From positions 1 through 33,684 of the forward strand of contig CAZIMW010000002.1 in the NCBI GenBank assembly GCA_964540425.1: a DNA stretch of 33,684 bases, given 5' to 3'. The notes under the pieces were generated by a model that saw only the letters and a program-made list of their open reading frames with translations, did not search any database and was not told where the DNA came from. This stretch comes from an uncultured Flavobacterium sp. GTDB taxonomy: Bacteria > Bacteroidota > Bacteroidia > Flavobacteriales > Flavobacteriaceae. Position 1 is the stretch's first letter, and the number at the start of each line of letters is the position of its first letter. Positions 1 to 10,006 of the stretch are shown piece by piece. The translations under genes and the position numbers were made by a program.

Positions 1-1884
1 ATAGGAGCAAGAAGCGGTTCTAATTCCGTTTTTCGGAATCCATTCGGTTGTAGTTTCATCACAATTAGTATTGGCTAAATGACCGCTTTTAGTGCAAATT
101 TTAGCTTCAATTAATTCATCGTAAGGCGTTGCAAACCATTCTTCTTGAAAAGGTAATTCATTTAAAACATCAAATAAAATAGGTGCAGCTGCTTGGATTC
201 CTGTAAGACCTGGACGACCTTCTCCATCTGCATTACCTACCCAAATTCCAATGGTATATCTCGGAGTTACACCCACCGCCCAAGCATCTTTAAAACCAAA
301 ACTGGTGCCTGTTTTCCAGGCGATTTGTTGTGAGTTCGAAAAGAAACTCCAATTTTCTTCTCCTGTTGGGCGATTTACTTTCTGAAGTGCATTCAACGTA
401 TGATAAATCGCTCCTGCATTAAAAACGGAAGGATTTGTTGCTGTTTTTCCTAAGTTATTTTTCAATCCAAAAACATAATTAGGTTCTACAAATTCATTAT
501 TTCGATATTCACTAGAAGAGTTATTGAAAAAATTCAAAGTAGAAGCCATTCCAGCATAGGCATTGGTGACCTCCCAAAGAGAACTTTCTGCTCCTCCAAG
601 AATTAATGCGAGTCCGTAGTAGTCGGGAGTTTTATTGATGGATTTTAAGTTTAATTTCTTCAGTTTATTATAAAACCGTTGCAATCCATATGCTCGTAAC
701 ATTCGTACTGCAGGAATATTTAAAGACCTCGAAAGTGCCACACTTGCAGGTACCGCTCCGTTGTATCTATTATCAAAATTCTTAGGACTATAGCCATTTA
801 TTACCGTTGGAATATCGACAACCAAAGTGTTTGGCAACAACTCTCCAGCATCCAATAAAGAAGCGTATAAAAAAGGTTTTAAAACACTGCCTGTACTTCG
901 AGATTTATCGATAATATCCACATAATTGTTATTTTTTCTGGTGGTTGGAGCGTTACCAACATAAGTTAAAACTTCTCGGGTTTCAACATCTAAAATCAAA
1001 ATAGCGAGGTTGTTAATTTGGTTTTGATGTAAATTAAAATAATGCTCTTTTGCAATTCGGTTTGCTTTTTTTTGAAGCTGGAAATTGATGGTGGTTTGTA
1101 CTCTCTCTCCTTTATTCTCTCGACGTATTTTTTCGGTAAGATGGGGAGCGTATTCTGGCAACGGAAGTGGTTTCCCTGGGAGTCGTTCGAGTAAAGCTAA
1201 TTCATAAGTAGTTTGATCTATAACTTCTTTCTGAAATAATTTTAGTAATAATCGGTCTCTTTTTTTCTTTAAAAGTTCTTCGTTTTTACCTGGAAATATT
1301 AGGGAAGGAGCATTGGGTAAAACGGCTAATGCAGCTGTTTGTCCCCAACCTAATTCGGAGGAAGGAATTCCGAAATACCGCCAAGAGGCAGTTTCTAGTC
1401 CAACTACATTTCCGCCAAAAGGTGCATAGGAAGCGTACAAATTAAGAATTTCTTTTTTACTGAAACGAGCTTCTAATCGAGTAGCTTGAAATATTTCAAC
1501 TAACTTTTCAGCATAGTTTCTGCTTTTATTTTTTCGAGAAAGTCGAATTACTTGTTGGGTAAGGGTGCTTCCTCCACGGCGCTTATCGGTAGTGATATTT
1601 TGCCAAAGGGCTTTGCTAATTGCTATGGGATTAAAACCTGGATGCGAATAAAAATATTCGTCTTCAAACAATAAAATACTTTGCTCAAACCGATTAGGAA
1701 CAGAATCCATTTTTGGAAATCGCCACTGACCATCATCGGCGATTCTTGCTCCGAGCATGTTTCCGTTACTGCTTTCTACGATGGTGGATGTTGGGGCTTT
1801 AAATAATTCTGAAGGCAGGCAGAATAGCCAGTAGATGAAGATTACTAGGAGGAGAGTTAGCTTTATTTTGTTTTTTTTTACCAT
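1..1884 (-). CDS. pbpC: Penicillin-binding protein 1C (transglycosylase/transpeptidase), 3' end runs off the window
   Basis: Not in the ORF track. Read manually from ATG at 1884: MVKKNKIKLTLLLVIFIYWLFCLP (TM anchor), transglycosylase motifs FEDEYFYSHPG and RGGSTLTQQ, transpeptidase motifs RSTGSVLKPF (SxxK), SLN and WKTGTSFG. Lies downstream of alpha-2-macroglobulin, the canonical pairing. Confidence 0.95.
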   Translation of the reverse strand, partial: MVKKNKIKLTLLLVIFIYWLFCLPSELFKAPTSTIVESSNGNMLGARIADDGQWRFPKMDSVPNRFEQSILLFEDEYFYSHPGFNPIAISKALWQNITTDKRRGGSTLTQQVIRLSRKNKSRNYAEKLVEIFQATRLEARFSKKEILNLYASYAPFGGNVVGLETASWRYFGIPSSELGWGQTAALAVLPNAPSLIFPGKNEELLKKKRDRLLLKLFQKEVIDQTTYELALLERLPGKPLPLPEYAPHLTEKIRRENKGERVQTTINFQLQKKANRIAKEHYFNLHQNQINNLAILILDVETREVLTYVGNAPTTRKNNNYVDIIDKSRSTGSVLKPFLYASLLDAGELLPNTLVVDIPTVINGYSPKNFDNRYNGAVPASVALSRSLNIPAVRMLRAYGLQRFYNKLKKLNLKSINKTPDYYGLALILGGAESSLWEVTNAYAGMASTLNFFNNSSSEYRNNEFVEPNYVFGLKNNLGKTATNPSVFNAGAIYHTLNALQKVNRPTGEENWSFFSNSQQIAWKTGTSFGFKDAWAVGVTPRYTIGIWVGNADGEGRPGLTGIQAAAPILFDVLNELPFQEEWFATPYDELIEAKICTKSGHLANTNCDETTTEWIPKNGIRTASCSY

Positions 1885-1971
1885 TAAGGCATTAAGATAA
1901 TAAAGTATTTATGTTCTTAACTTTTTTTTACCATTAAGGCATTAAGAAAAGATTCTTAATTTCTTAATGGT
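1872..1971. repeat. GxxExxY-flanking repeat cluster, downstream side
   Basis: ACCATTAAGGCATTAAG at 1880-1896 and 1930-1946, within 26-bp identical direct copies. Inverted variant CTTAATTTCTTAATGGT at 1955-1971 forms a hairpin with 1930-1948. Confidence 0.9.
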
Positions 1972-1980
1972 TAACTATTT

Positions 1981-2385
1981 TTAATCTTCCAAAATCTCAA
2001 AATACTCATTCACAAAAGGCTTCACTGTTTTGGTTATTTTATCTGTGAAAAAGTTAATTAGCAAACCTTGAGGTTTCTTTAATAACTTCATATATGTTAA
2101 TAATTGAGCCTCGTGAACGGGTAGTACATTTTCAATTGCCTTCAACTCAATAATAACTGTATCGTTTATTAATAAGTCCAATCTTAAATCAACATCCATT
2201 TCTTTTCCTCTATAGTTTATAGGGATTTTTTGTTGCTGAATTACTTCAAAACCATTTAATTCTAATTCGTATTTAAGACATTTTTCATAGATAGATTCTA
2301 ATAAACCAGGTCCTAATTCTTTGTGAACTCTTATGGCACAACCAACAATTTCATAGGACATTTGTGTCACTTCCTTTTTTGTCAT
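1981..2385 (-). CDS. GxxExxY protein (PD-(D/E)XK nuclease superfamily)
   Basis: Motifs LGPGLLESIYEKCL, RLDLLINDTVIIELKA, HEAQLLTYMKL and GLLINF. Confidence 0.93.
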   Translation of the reverse strand: MTKKEVTQMSYEIVGCAIRVHKELGPGLLESIYEKCLKYELELNGFEVIQQQKIPINYRGKEMDVDLRLDLLINDTVIIELKAIENVLPVHEAQLLTYMKLLKKPQGLLINFFTDKITKTVKPFVNEYFEILED

Positions 2386-2401
2386 TATTTTATTTTATAA
2401 G

Positions 2402-2450
2402 TTTTACCATTAAGAAAAAAAGAAAAACCTTAATGCCTTAATGGTGAAAA
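2402..2450. repeat. GxxExxY-flanking inverted repeat, upstream side
   Basis: ACCATTAAG at 2406-2414 and CTTAATGCCTTAATGGT at 2429-2445, the exact reverse complement of 1880-1896. Confidence 0.9.
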
Positions 2451-2452
2451 AA

Positions 2453-5400
2453 TTATTTTATAACAGTAACCCATTGTCCTTTATTACGAGCATAATAATT
2501 GTTGTCATACATTGCTTCAGTTTGTGTGCCAGGTAAATAGTAGGTGCCTAAGTAAGAAGCATTCAATTTTACAGTAAAGGTTTTAGATTTTCTTGCTGAA
2601 ATATCAAAATAGAAATTCACACGATCATCACGAATATCGGTATAACGTGCTTTTCCAGTTGCACCGCCTTTAAGATCGGTAAAACTGGTATTTACAATTT
2701 CCCAACCGCTTGGAAAAATCTGTGATAGTGCTACGTTTCCTATCCAATTGTTAGAACTATTATGCACGGTAATTTCTGCTGTAATTTCGGTTCCTTGCCT
2801 TAAACTTGAAATATTAATCGTTTTTCCTGCTCCATTTTTAAACTGAGTTTTAACCGATAAATTTCGTTGTTCTGAAAGTTCTTTCCCGAGTGGAAGTTTT
2901 CCTTTTTGTGAAAGACTCACATAGACAATATTTTCTTTTTTATTGGTAATTTCAATCGAATTACTTCCCAATACAAACGGAATATCTCGTTGAGAAACAG
3001 CCCTATCGGTTTTTATTGTGTTTGTTTTTCCATTTTGTGTGAAAGATAACTCCATCGCTTTTCCACCATTTTTGGCTACCATTTTCGCCATTGCCAATAG
3101 AGCATAGGAAGTTTCTTGCGTACTAAACCACCGTTGAGAAGATAAATCTTTTGCGATTGAAATTGCCGTTTCACGTTGTTTAGAATCTCCCAATGCGACC
3201 ATGGTTTCCAAAGCCATAGATTTATTTCTGAAAGGCGAACCATAAGAGTAATAATCGTAGGTTTGAGACACAAAATTTATATTGGCAGTTTGGGTAATTT
3301 CAACAGCAACATTCTTCTTTCCTGCCAAAGCATAAGCCGCAGCCAAACGCCATTTTGCATCATTACTCAAGTGTTTAGATTCTCTTAATCTGTTCATTAC
3401 CGCCAATTCTGGTTGACCTGCTAAAGCCAAGGTATATAAGCGATAAGCCTGTATTAAGCTTGAATTGTAAGCGGTGTTGCTATTACGCCATTGCCGTGCC
3501 GTAACTTGCTGATAACGCATCCAATTACTTAAAAATGAAATTGGAAGTGCATAACCTTTTCGTTTGGCTTCTAACATAAAATGTCCTGCGTAGCTGGTTC
3601 CCCATTCGTTTGCAGTAGATTCTCCAATCCAGTAGGAAAGTCCGCCGTTTTTGATCTGAAAGTTGCTCAATCGTAAAATTGCTGCCTTGATATTTCCTTC
3701 CATTTTCTTTTTCTTATCAAAAGTGATATCGAAAATATCGTCTAAAAATAACTGTGGAAAAACAGAAGAAGTCGTTTGCTCTACACAACCATGAGGATAC
3801 TGAATTAGGTATTCCATTCGCTTACCAAAATTCATTGGAGGTAAGGTTGAAAACTCCAACATAACACCATTGGTTCCAGCAACTCCAAAAGTTTCAAAAT
3901 TAATGATTTTTGAAGCGTTTTCGGAAAGCGTGTATTGTGTGGTTTTTTGAGAAATAGGATTTGGGTTTACCACATCAATTTCTACTTTATAAGTTGCTTT
4001 TTCTCCGTGTCCTGAAACGATTACTTCAATGGTTTCAAATTTATTTGTTCCTTTAGCGGAGTTGAAGGGAATAGGTAATACTTCAAACTCAAAATTGATA
4101 ATTTTTTCTCCAATTTCAATAAAAGTGATGGTTTTTGAAGTTCCATTTATAGGTTTCAGACTTGCTCCTGTTTTAACTGAAACAGTTGCATTTTTAATCT
4201 TGTTTTCCATTGCAAAAACGGTTACTGGAAGTGTTACTTTTTCACCAGGAGAAAGTTTTCGAGGTAGCGATGCCAATACCATTAATGGTTTTCGGACAGG
4301 AGTAGTTTTGTCTGTTTTTCCGTAGGCACTTTCCGAATTATTTCCTGCAATTACCATCGTTCTAACCGAACCAATATAATTGGGCATTACTATTTCGTGT
4401 TTTGCTTTTTCGCCTCTTTTTAAATGAAAAGGACCTAAATAAGTAACCACCGGTTTAAAACGATCTGCTTTTCGGTTTTTAGCACCAGCAGCTTCATCGC
4501 CACCTCCAACAGCATAAATATTATCTACACTTCCTGAATAAGCACCGATTACCATATCAAAAATATCGAAGGTTTTAACACCTAAAGCTTGACGAGCGTA
4601 AAATGCTTCGTGAATTTTTGGAGTAGAAAATCGAGTTAAATCCAATAAACCTTCATCTACTACTGCGATGGTATAAGTCATTTCCTTTCTGTTTTCTTCA
4701 GAAACTTCTACCGTAAAATTTTCTTCAGGTTTTAAAACATCGGGCATCGAAATTTTAGGTTTCAAAATGGTTGTTGGGTTTTCTACTAACAAAGGAATTA
4801 CACCATATAAACGAATGGGTAAATCGTTTTTTGTTTGTTCGTGAGGTTGTAATAATGAAATGTTTACATAAACATTGGGTGCCATTTCTTCAGTAATAGG
4901 AATGATTACTTTTGTTTCTCCCATTTTGGTAACTTCCCATTGATTTGAAAGCACTTCGGTTCCATTTTCTACACTAATTAAAGCTCGACCTTCTCCTGCG
5001 GAAGGGAAGGTTATCACTGCCTCATCGCCTACATTATAAGTTTCTTTATTTGCTGAGAAGACTAACATATTGGAGCTTTCTGCATTTCCATCGGAAGGAC
5101 TTTTCCACCAATCTTGATAGAAATAAGCTATTCGTCCCGTAGCATGTCCCGATTTTTCATCGATGACTCTTATTAAATAACGACCACCTTCTTCATTTGG
5201 AAAATTTATCTTGAAAGAAGTTTTTCCATTGCTTTCAGTTGTAATTGTAAACTCTTGAACTGGAAGATGTACTGTTGCGTTTTCATAACGAGAAAGATTA
5301 TCATAACCACGATTCCACCACCAACGCCATTCAATTTTAAATATTTTTACGGTTAATTTTCGATTTCCACTAGCTGTTCCTTGTGTGTTGACTGTTGCTA

Positions 5401-8080
5401 CATCAAACGCTATATTTTTATCGGTATCGTAAGAACCATATCGTTCTGTTTCGGGAGATTGTAAACCTACAAAATGAGTGTAAGGAGCTAAGTTTTTAGA
5501 AAACACATCGATGGAAAAATCACCACCTCCTTCAAAAACCTTAGTTAAGAAAGTTGCTTTTAACATTCCTGGAGCATTCTTGCTTAAGTCTAATTTTTTA
5601 TTGAAAATTTTCTTTCCTTCAGAAGAAAGGAAATGTTTTACTAATTTTTCATCTCCAAAAAATGGAATTTCAACTTTATCGAAAGAACGAATAGGGTCGT
5701 TGAAATTATAGTTTGGAAATTTTTTAAATGCGGTATTGGTTGAACGTAAGGTTACATTCATCGTGATTTTTAAATTTCGAGCAATGGCACCGTGTAACCA
5801 TAAAGCAGAAACGGTTCCTTTTATAGGTTTACTCGCATCTAAGACTTCATTATTAAAATCGAGTTTTAGTTTTAAACGATTGGGTTTAACGGTTGCGATT
5901 TTTAAAGTTTTTTTGAATTTCACACCACCTGCTGTAATCGTTACTTGCCAGTTTCCGGTAGGTGCATCTACTTCCGTTGAAATAGGGAAATAATAAAAAT
6001 TCCCTTTAGACATTCTTTTTAATCCCTCTTCAAAGTGAGAATTATTACTAGTGATAACCGTACGTTGTATTAATTTTCCACGAGCATCGGTTACTTCTAG
6101 TTTAACAGGATGATTTAAGGGTAAATTATTAGCTTCATCATTTAGTACAAAAGTTAAATGAATAGGATCTCCAGGACGATAAACACCACGTTCTGTATAG
6201 ATAAAACCTTTGAGTCCTTTTTGTAGTTTTTTACCAGAAACATCAAATTTACTCAGTGATAATGCATTCCCATCTTCCAGTTTTACGTAGGCATAATTAT
6301 TTCCTTTTTGAGCAACTGCAAAAGCTATTTTTTTATTACTATCATATAAAGAGAACCCTTTAAAATCTGTAGTAGTTTGACCAACTAATTGCTGTTGGAA
6401 ATTATAAAGTTTAATGACTACTTCGCTTTCTGGGTTGGTAGTGAGTAAGTTAGTAGCTGCAAAATGATAGGCATTATTCTCGCTTTTTTTAACAATCAAT
6501 CCAAGATCAGATCCTAAAATATTTGATTTAACAAAACGATCGTCACTATAGTACGCATCGTGACAAGGGTTGTCTTGTTGCTCCCAGTTGTAACGATAAT
6601 GTCGCCAACTATACAGCTCATTATCCCAATATTGCATTTCTCGTTCCTCTTCGTCTTCAAAACTATTTTCTGAATAAGCTTCTTCGTAATATCCCTCTTC
6701 ATATTCAGAATTTTCTGTTGTAATTTCTCTAGAATTCAAGGAACAATCATAAATGGAATATTCTTTTTTGAAACTGATTTCCACACGATACAATGCGCCG
6801 GGGTCTGATTTAAATAACTTAGAAAGATCAATAGCATGAGCTTTCCAAACACCATTGTTGGTAGTAGCTTCATCTAACTGAATTGTTTTTTTCACAACTC
6901 GTCTTCCTACTCTTTTTAGGTTGTAAGCATAAGAACTTCCCAAATCAAATTCTTGTAAGTACTGAAGCATATTGTCTTCAAAAATCTTTACCACCCTAAC
7001 ATCTATTGCTTTTAAATTTACAGCTTCAAAATAGAATGGATTGGAAGATGAATTTGGTAAAATCACGCCTTTTGAAAGCAATCTAATTGCGGGTTTTATT
7101 TGTTCGAAAGAGATAAGTTCGGAAAATTCTTTTTTCAATGAATAATCACTAGTGTTTTTAATTCCGTTAAAAATAGTCACTCGCACATCACCAATCACAC
7201 GGCTTTGAGGATAAACGCGTAATACATTTCTATCTACTTCGTAACGAAGATTAGTAGTGTTTTCTATAACTACTAAGCCTTCAAAATTTTGATTTTCTTT
7301 AATTGGATCAGAAAAATTGATAGAAAGAGAGGCTTGTGGAGAAACGACACTTTTAACATCGACAACCGTAAAATTATTTTGACCTGGAATTGAAACCTCT
7401 TCGTTCCCTTTGTTTTCAACATCTATAACAATTCCATCCCAAAAAACATTAATTTTAGAATCCTCTATTTTTCGGTAAATACTATCTATTTTAAATTCGA
7501 AAAACTTAGCATCTTTTGTGTCTGAATCCCAAGAAGTATAAATTTTATCATTCTCTTCTTGAGAAACAAAAATTAACTGTCTTGCTTTTTCCGAACTAAT
7601 AAAATCTGAAACTTCCAAAACTCCAGCAATATATTGCCACTCTTTGGAGTAGGAATGTAATTCTCCTATTTTTAATTTAAAATTTGCAGCGATGGTTTTG
7701 AATGAAAAAGTGTATGTTTCAAAGCCATTTTCAACATCATCGTACAATTTATTTAGTAAAACGGTTACTGAATATTCGGTGTCAGGGAGTAGCTTTTTTT
7801 CGGGTTGAAATACTAGTGTTCTTCCATTTTCAATAATCAATCTTCCTTCTATTTTTGGAGAAATAGAAATGTATTCTGAAGGGATTTCTTGGGTTAATTC
7901 ATATTGTTCTAATGGTTTTACCAATTCTACTCGTATAGAATTTGCGATGGAGTTTTTTCCGTAGGTATTGTAGGAAATATAATCCTTGAATTTAAAAAGG
8001 TTGTCGTTTTCTGATTGTTTATTACAACTTGAAATAAATAGAATGGAAAGTAAGAGCAAGAAACGAAAAAAGGGTTTCAT
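2453..8080 (-). CDS. Bacterial alpha-2-macroglobulin (YfhM/MG2 family) lipoprotein
   Basis: 1875 aa with lipobox ISSC, TERGVYRPGD, AVVDEGLL and thioester motif YPHGCVEQ. C-terminal DIRDDRV and EAMYD. Adjacent to pbpC. Confidence 0.95.
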   Translation of the reverse strand: MKPFFRFLLLLSILFISSCNKQSENDNLFKFKDYISYNTYGKNSIANSIRVELVKPLEQYELTQEIPSEYISISPKIEGRLIIENGRTLVFQPEKKLLPDTEYSVTVLLNKLYDDVENGFETYTFSFKTIAANFKLKIGELHSYSKEWQYIAGVLEVSDFISSEKARQLIFVSQEENDKIYTSWDSDTKDAKFFEFKIDSIYRKIEDSKINVFWDGIVIDVENKGNEEVSIPGQNNFTVVDVKSVVSPQASLSINFSDPIKENQNFEGLVVIENTTNLRYEVDRNVLRVYPQSRVIGDVRVTIFNGIKNTSDYSLKKEFSELISFEQIKPAIRLLSKGVILPNSSSNPFYFEAVNLKAIDVRVVKIFEDNMLQYLQEFDLGSSYAYNLKRVGRRVVKKTIQLDEATTNNGVWKAHAIDLSKLFKSDPGALYRVEISFKKEYSIYDCSLNSREITTENSEYEEGYYEEAYSENSFEDEEEREMQYWDNELYSWRHYRYNWEQQDNPCHDAYYSDDRFVKSNILGSDLGLIVKKSENNAYHFAATNLLTTNPESEVVIKLYNFQQQLVGQTTTDFKGFSLYDSNKKIAFAVAQKGNNYAYVKLEDGNALSLSKFDVSGKKLQKGLKGFIYTERGVYRPGDPIHLTFVLNDEANNLPLNHPVKLEVTDARGKLIQRTVITSNNSHFEEGLKRMSKGNFYYFPISTEVDAPTGNWQVTITAGGVKFKKTLKIATVKPNRLKLKLDFNNEVLDASKPIKGTVSALWLHGAIARNLKITMNVTLRSTNTAFKKFPNYNFNDPIRSFDKVEIPFFGDEKLVKHFLSSEGKKIFNKKLDLSKNAPGMLKATFLTKVFEGGGDFSIDVFSKNLAPYTHFVGLQSPETERYGSYDTDKNIAFDVATVNTQGTASGNRKLTVKIFKIEWRWWWNRGYDNLSRYENATVHLPVQEFTITTESNGKTSFKINFPNEEGGRYLIRVIDEKSGHATGRIAYFYQDWWKSPSDGNAESSNMLVFSANKETYNVGDEAVITFPSAGEGRALISVENGTEVLSNQWEVTKMGETKVIIPITEEMAPNVYVNISLLQPHEQTKNDLPIRLYGVIPLLVENPTTILKPKISMPDVLKPEENFTVEVSEENRKEMTYTIAVVDEGLLDLTRFSTPKIHEAFYARQALGVKTFDIFDMVIGAYSGSVDNIYAVGGGDEAAGAKNRKADRFKPVVTYLGPFHLKRGEKAKHEIVMPNYIGSVRTMVIAGNNSESAYGKTDKTTPVRKPLMVLASLPRKLSPGEKVTLPVTVFAMENKIKNATVSVKTGASLKPINGTSKTITFIEIGEKIINFEFEVLPIPFNSAKGTNKFETIEVIVSGHGEKATYKVEIDVVNPNPISQKTTQYTLSENASKIINFETFGVAGTNGVMLEFSTLPPMNFGKRMEYLIQYPHGCVEQTTSSVFPQLFLDDIFDITFDKKKKMEGNIKAAILRLSNFQIKNGGLSYWIGESTANEWGTSYAGHFMLEAKRKGYALPISFLSNWMRYQQVTARQWRNSNTAYNSSLIQAYRLYTLALAGQPELAVMNRLRESKHLSNDAKWRLAAAYALAGKKNVAVEITQTANINFVSQTYDYYSYGSPFRNKSMALETMVALGDSKQRETAISIAKDLSSQRWFSTQETSYALLAMAKMVAKNGGKAMELSFTQNGKTNTIKTDRAVSQRDIPFVLGSNSIEITNKKENIVYVSLSQKGKLPLGKELSEQRNLSVKTQFKNGAGKTINISSLRQGTEITAEITVHNSSNNWIGNVALSQIFPSGWEIVNTSFTDLKGGATGKARYTDIRDDRVNFYFDISARKSKTFTVKLNASYLGTYYLPGTQTEAMYDNNYYARNKGQWVTVIK
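4047..4071. repeat. Decayed REP-like palindrome in-frame within the macroglobulin CDS
   Basis: TTTAGCGGAGTTGAAG (4052-4067) is 14/16 identical to intergenic TTGAGCGGAGTCGAAG (27317-27332). TTCCTT/AAGGGAA arms are retained. Encodes IPFNSAKGT. Confidence 0.7.
6009..6043. repeat. Decayed REP-like element in-frame within the macroglobulin CDS
   Basis: GACATTCTTTTTAATCCCTCTTCAAAGTGAGAATT aligns 27/36 (one gap) with the reverse complement of intergenic 10369-10404. Encodes NSHFEEGLKRMS. Confidence 0.7.
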
Positions 8081-8351
8081 AAATGATGGTTTTAAAAGAT
8101 GATTAAAGGTATAAAAAAAGCTATTATGGAATGTGAAAATTGTCTGATATTATTTTGAAAACAACAGCTCAAATTTTAATAGATTTTGACAACAATCAAG
8201 CCAAAAAAGATAGTTTTAGTACTTTTTTGAAAGAAATTGACAAAAAACAACAATTTTAACAATATTTGGAAGGAAGGCTTTAAGAGTTAACGACCTAAAA
8301 CATTCTTTTGGTATTGGTAATTTGTTATTTATGAATTGTTTAACAGATAAT

Positions 8352-9857
8352 TTAATCTTTAAATAGTTTTTTATAAGCTCTATAGTCTGCTAAATTCCAT
8401 TCTAAAATGTTTTTATTTTCCCAATTTGTTTTAAACTTTTCTTTACGTTTATTAATTCTTCTATGGTATTCAGAAGGAGTCATACTATATTCTGAAATAG
8501 GAAAGAGTTGCTTTTGAGTTACTTCAATTAAAGATAATTCAGAAAGAGATTTATTTAGATATGGCAACGATTTATCTGAAAGTGTTACTAAATACTCAAG
8601 ATGTAGATATGATTTGTCTGAATGATTAAAATTATATTTTGCAATAACTGTGTCCCAATTTATTGACGAACAAACTATTAAAACCATAAAGATTGCAGTT
8701 GAATTTGTAGCTAATAAGTAAAATGAGGATTTTCTATTTCTAACTTTCACTAAAACGGTATACAAACCATAAAGAGTTGCTAATAAAAAAATAATTACAC
8801 CAATTCGTTTATACGCCAATGAATAATAATTGATGTACCAAAAATTTCGAATTCCAACTGATATTACAAGTATTGCATTTTGAGCTATCCAAATATAACT
8901 AAGCCTCTTTAGCCATTTATTATTTTTATAAAAGTTTATATTTTTTCTGAAAAAATAAAGCACTAATACAATTGAAATAATGATTGATAGTATTAGTAAA
9001 TAAGTGCCTTCATGAACAAATTGTTTTAAAAACTGACCGGTCCATTCAAAATTAAACCAAACCCAATAAACATCGATACAATTAAGAATTAATAAAATTA
9101 TATTTAAAGTAAAGAATAGAAATATTGCAGCTTTGTATTCATTTTTTAAAGCCATTATTCCGCTATTATTATATCCTATCTTTTGTCTTACCAACTCATC
9201 TGAAGAAAGTAGGTCTTTATCTGTTAAAGCCTTATTTCTAGTTCTAATAATAAGATAATTACTAATAATTACTCCTGTTAAAATTGTTGTGAACATCAAG
9301 ATTTCTAAATCTTTAAAAATAAAACTGAAAGTATTAAAAACAACATCAAACACTTCTGATATTAAGTTATTGAATATTGGATTTGAAGCTGCGTAAATAA
9401 TAATAAATAAAGCTATAATAACAATTGGAATTAAAAATATTCTAGATTTCCAGAGAATGGATCCAATGTTTTTTCCTTTAAAATTAGATTTAAAAACAAT
9501 ATCTAAAAACTTTCCCTGTGAAACAAAAAAAGAAACAAATGAAATTTTTAGGGAATTAATTAATGATTTAACACTTGGGTAGTTGAGTACACCAATAAAT
9601 ATAATTAACGCAACAAGATGTATAAAATAAGAAAAAGTAGAATGTGTAATTATTGTAAAAAGAGAAGTAAGTGAAAATGCTACAAAGCTTATTTTCTGAT
9701 TTTTAGACTTTATAATTAACTGTTTAATAGTTGCTAAAAAACCGATAAAAACCATTTCAAAAAGAAATAGGTTTAAGCCCAAAGATTTTTTATAAAATAA
9801 AAATGTAATTAATAATGTACTAACGATAATAGTTAATAACTCTTTTCTGCCTTTCAT
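8352..9857 (-). CDS. Multi-pass membrane protein, DUF4153/DUF4173 family
   Basis: Many TM segments with family-like motifs SNPIF, FVHEGTYLL and YSLAYKRIGV. Confidence 0.8.
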   Translation of the reverse strand: MKGRKELLTIIVSTLLITFLFYKKSLGLNLFLFEMVFIGFLATIKQLIIKSKNQKISFVAFSLTSLFTIITHSTFSYFIHLVALIIFIGVLNYPSVKSLINSLKISFVSFFVSQGKFLDIVFKSNFKGKNIGSILWKSRIFLIPIVIIALFIIIYAASNPIFNNLISEVFDVVFNTFSFIFKDLEILMFTTILTGVIISNYLIIRTRNKALTDKDLLSSDELVRQKIGYNNSGIMALKNEYKAAIFLFFTLNIILLILNCIDVYWVWFNFEWTGQFLKQFVHEGTYLLILSIIISIVLVLYFFRKNINFYKNNKWLKRLSYIWIAQNAILVISVGIRNFWYINYYSLAYKRIGVIIFLLATLYGLYTVLVKVRNRKSSFYLLATNSTAIFMVLIVCSSINWDTVIAKYNFNHSDKSYLHLEYLVTLSDKSLPYLNKSLSELSLIEVTQKQLFPISEYSMTPSEYHRRINKRKEKFKTNWENKNILEWNLADYRAYKKLFKD

Positions 9858-10006
9858 ATAATTTCAATAAAATTTGGTTAAAAAGTAATTATATCGTCAT
9901 AAGCTTATAAATTGAAGTGATTAAAGAATGAAAGGTTTTTATACACTATAGATAATAAAAATAGAGAAGGTTGCGTAAGAGGAAAAATTAATTTATTGAT
10001 TATTTG

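Noticed and set aside
3076-6702. Short alternative-frame and antisense ORFs inside the macroglobulin gene
   Set aside because: Shadow ORFs of a long, well-supported CDS with no recognisable motifs.
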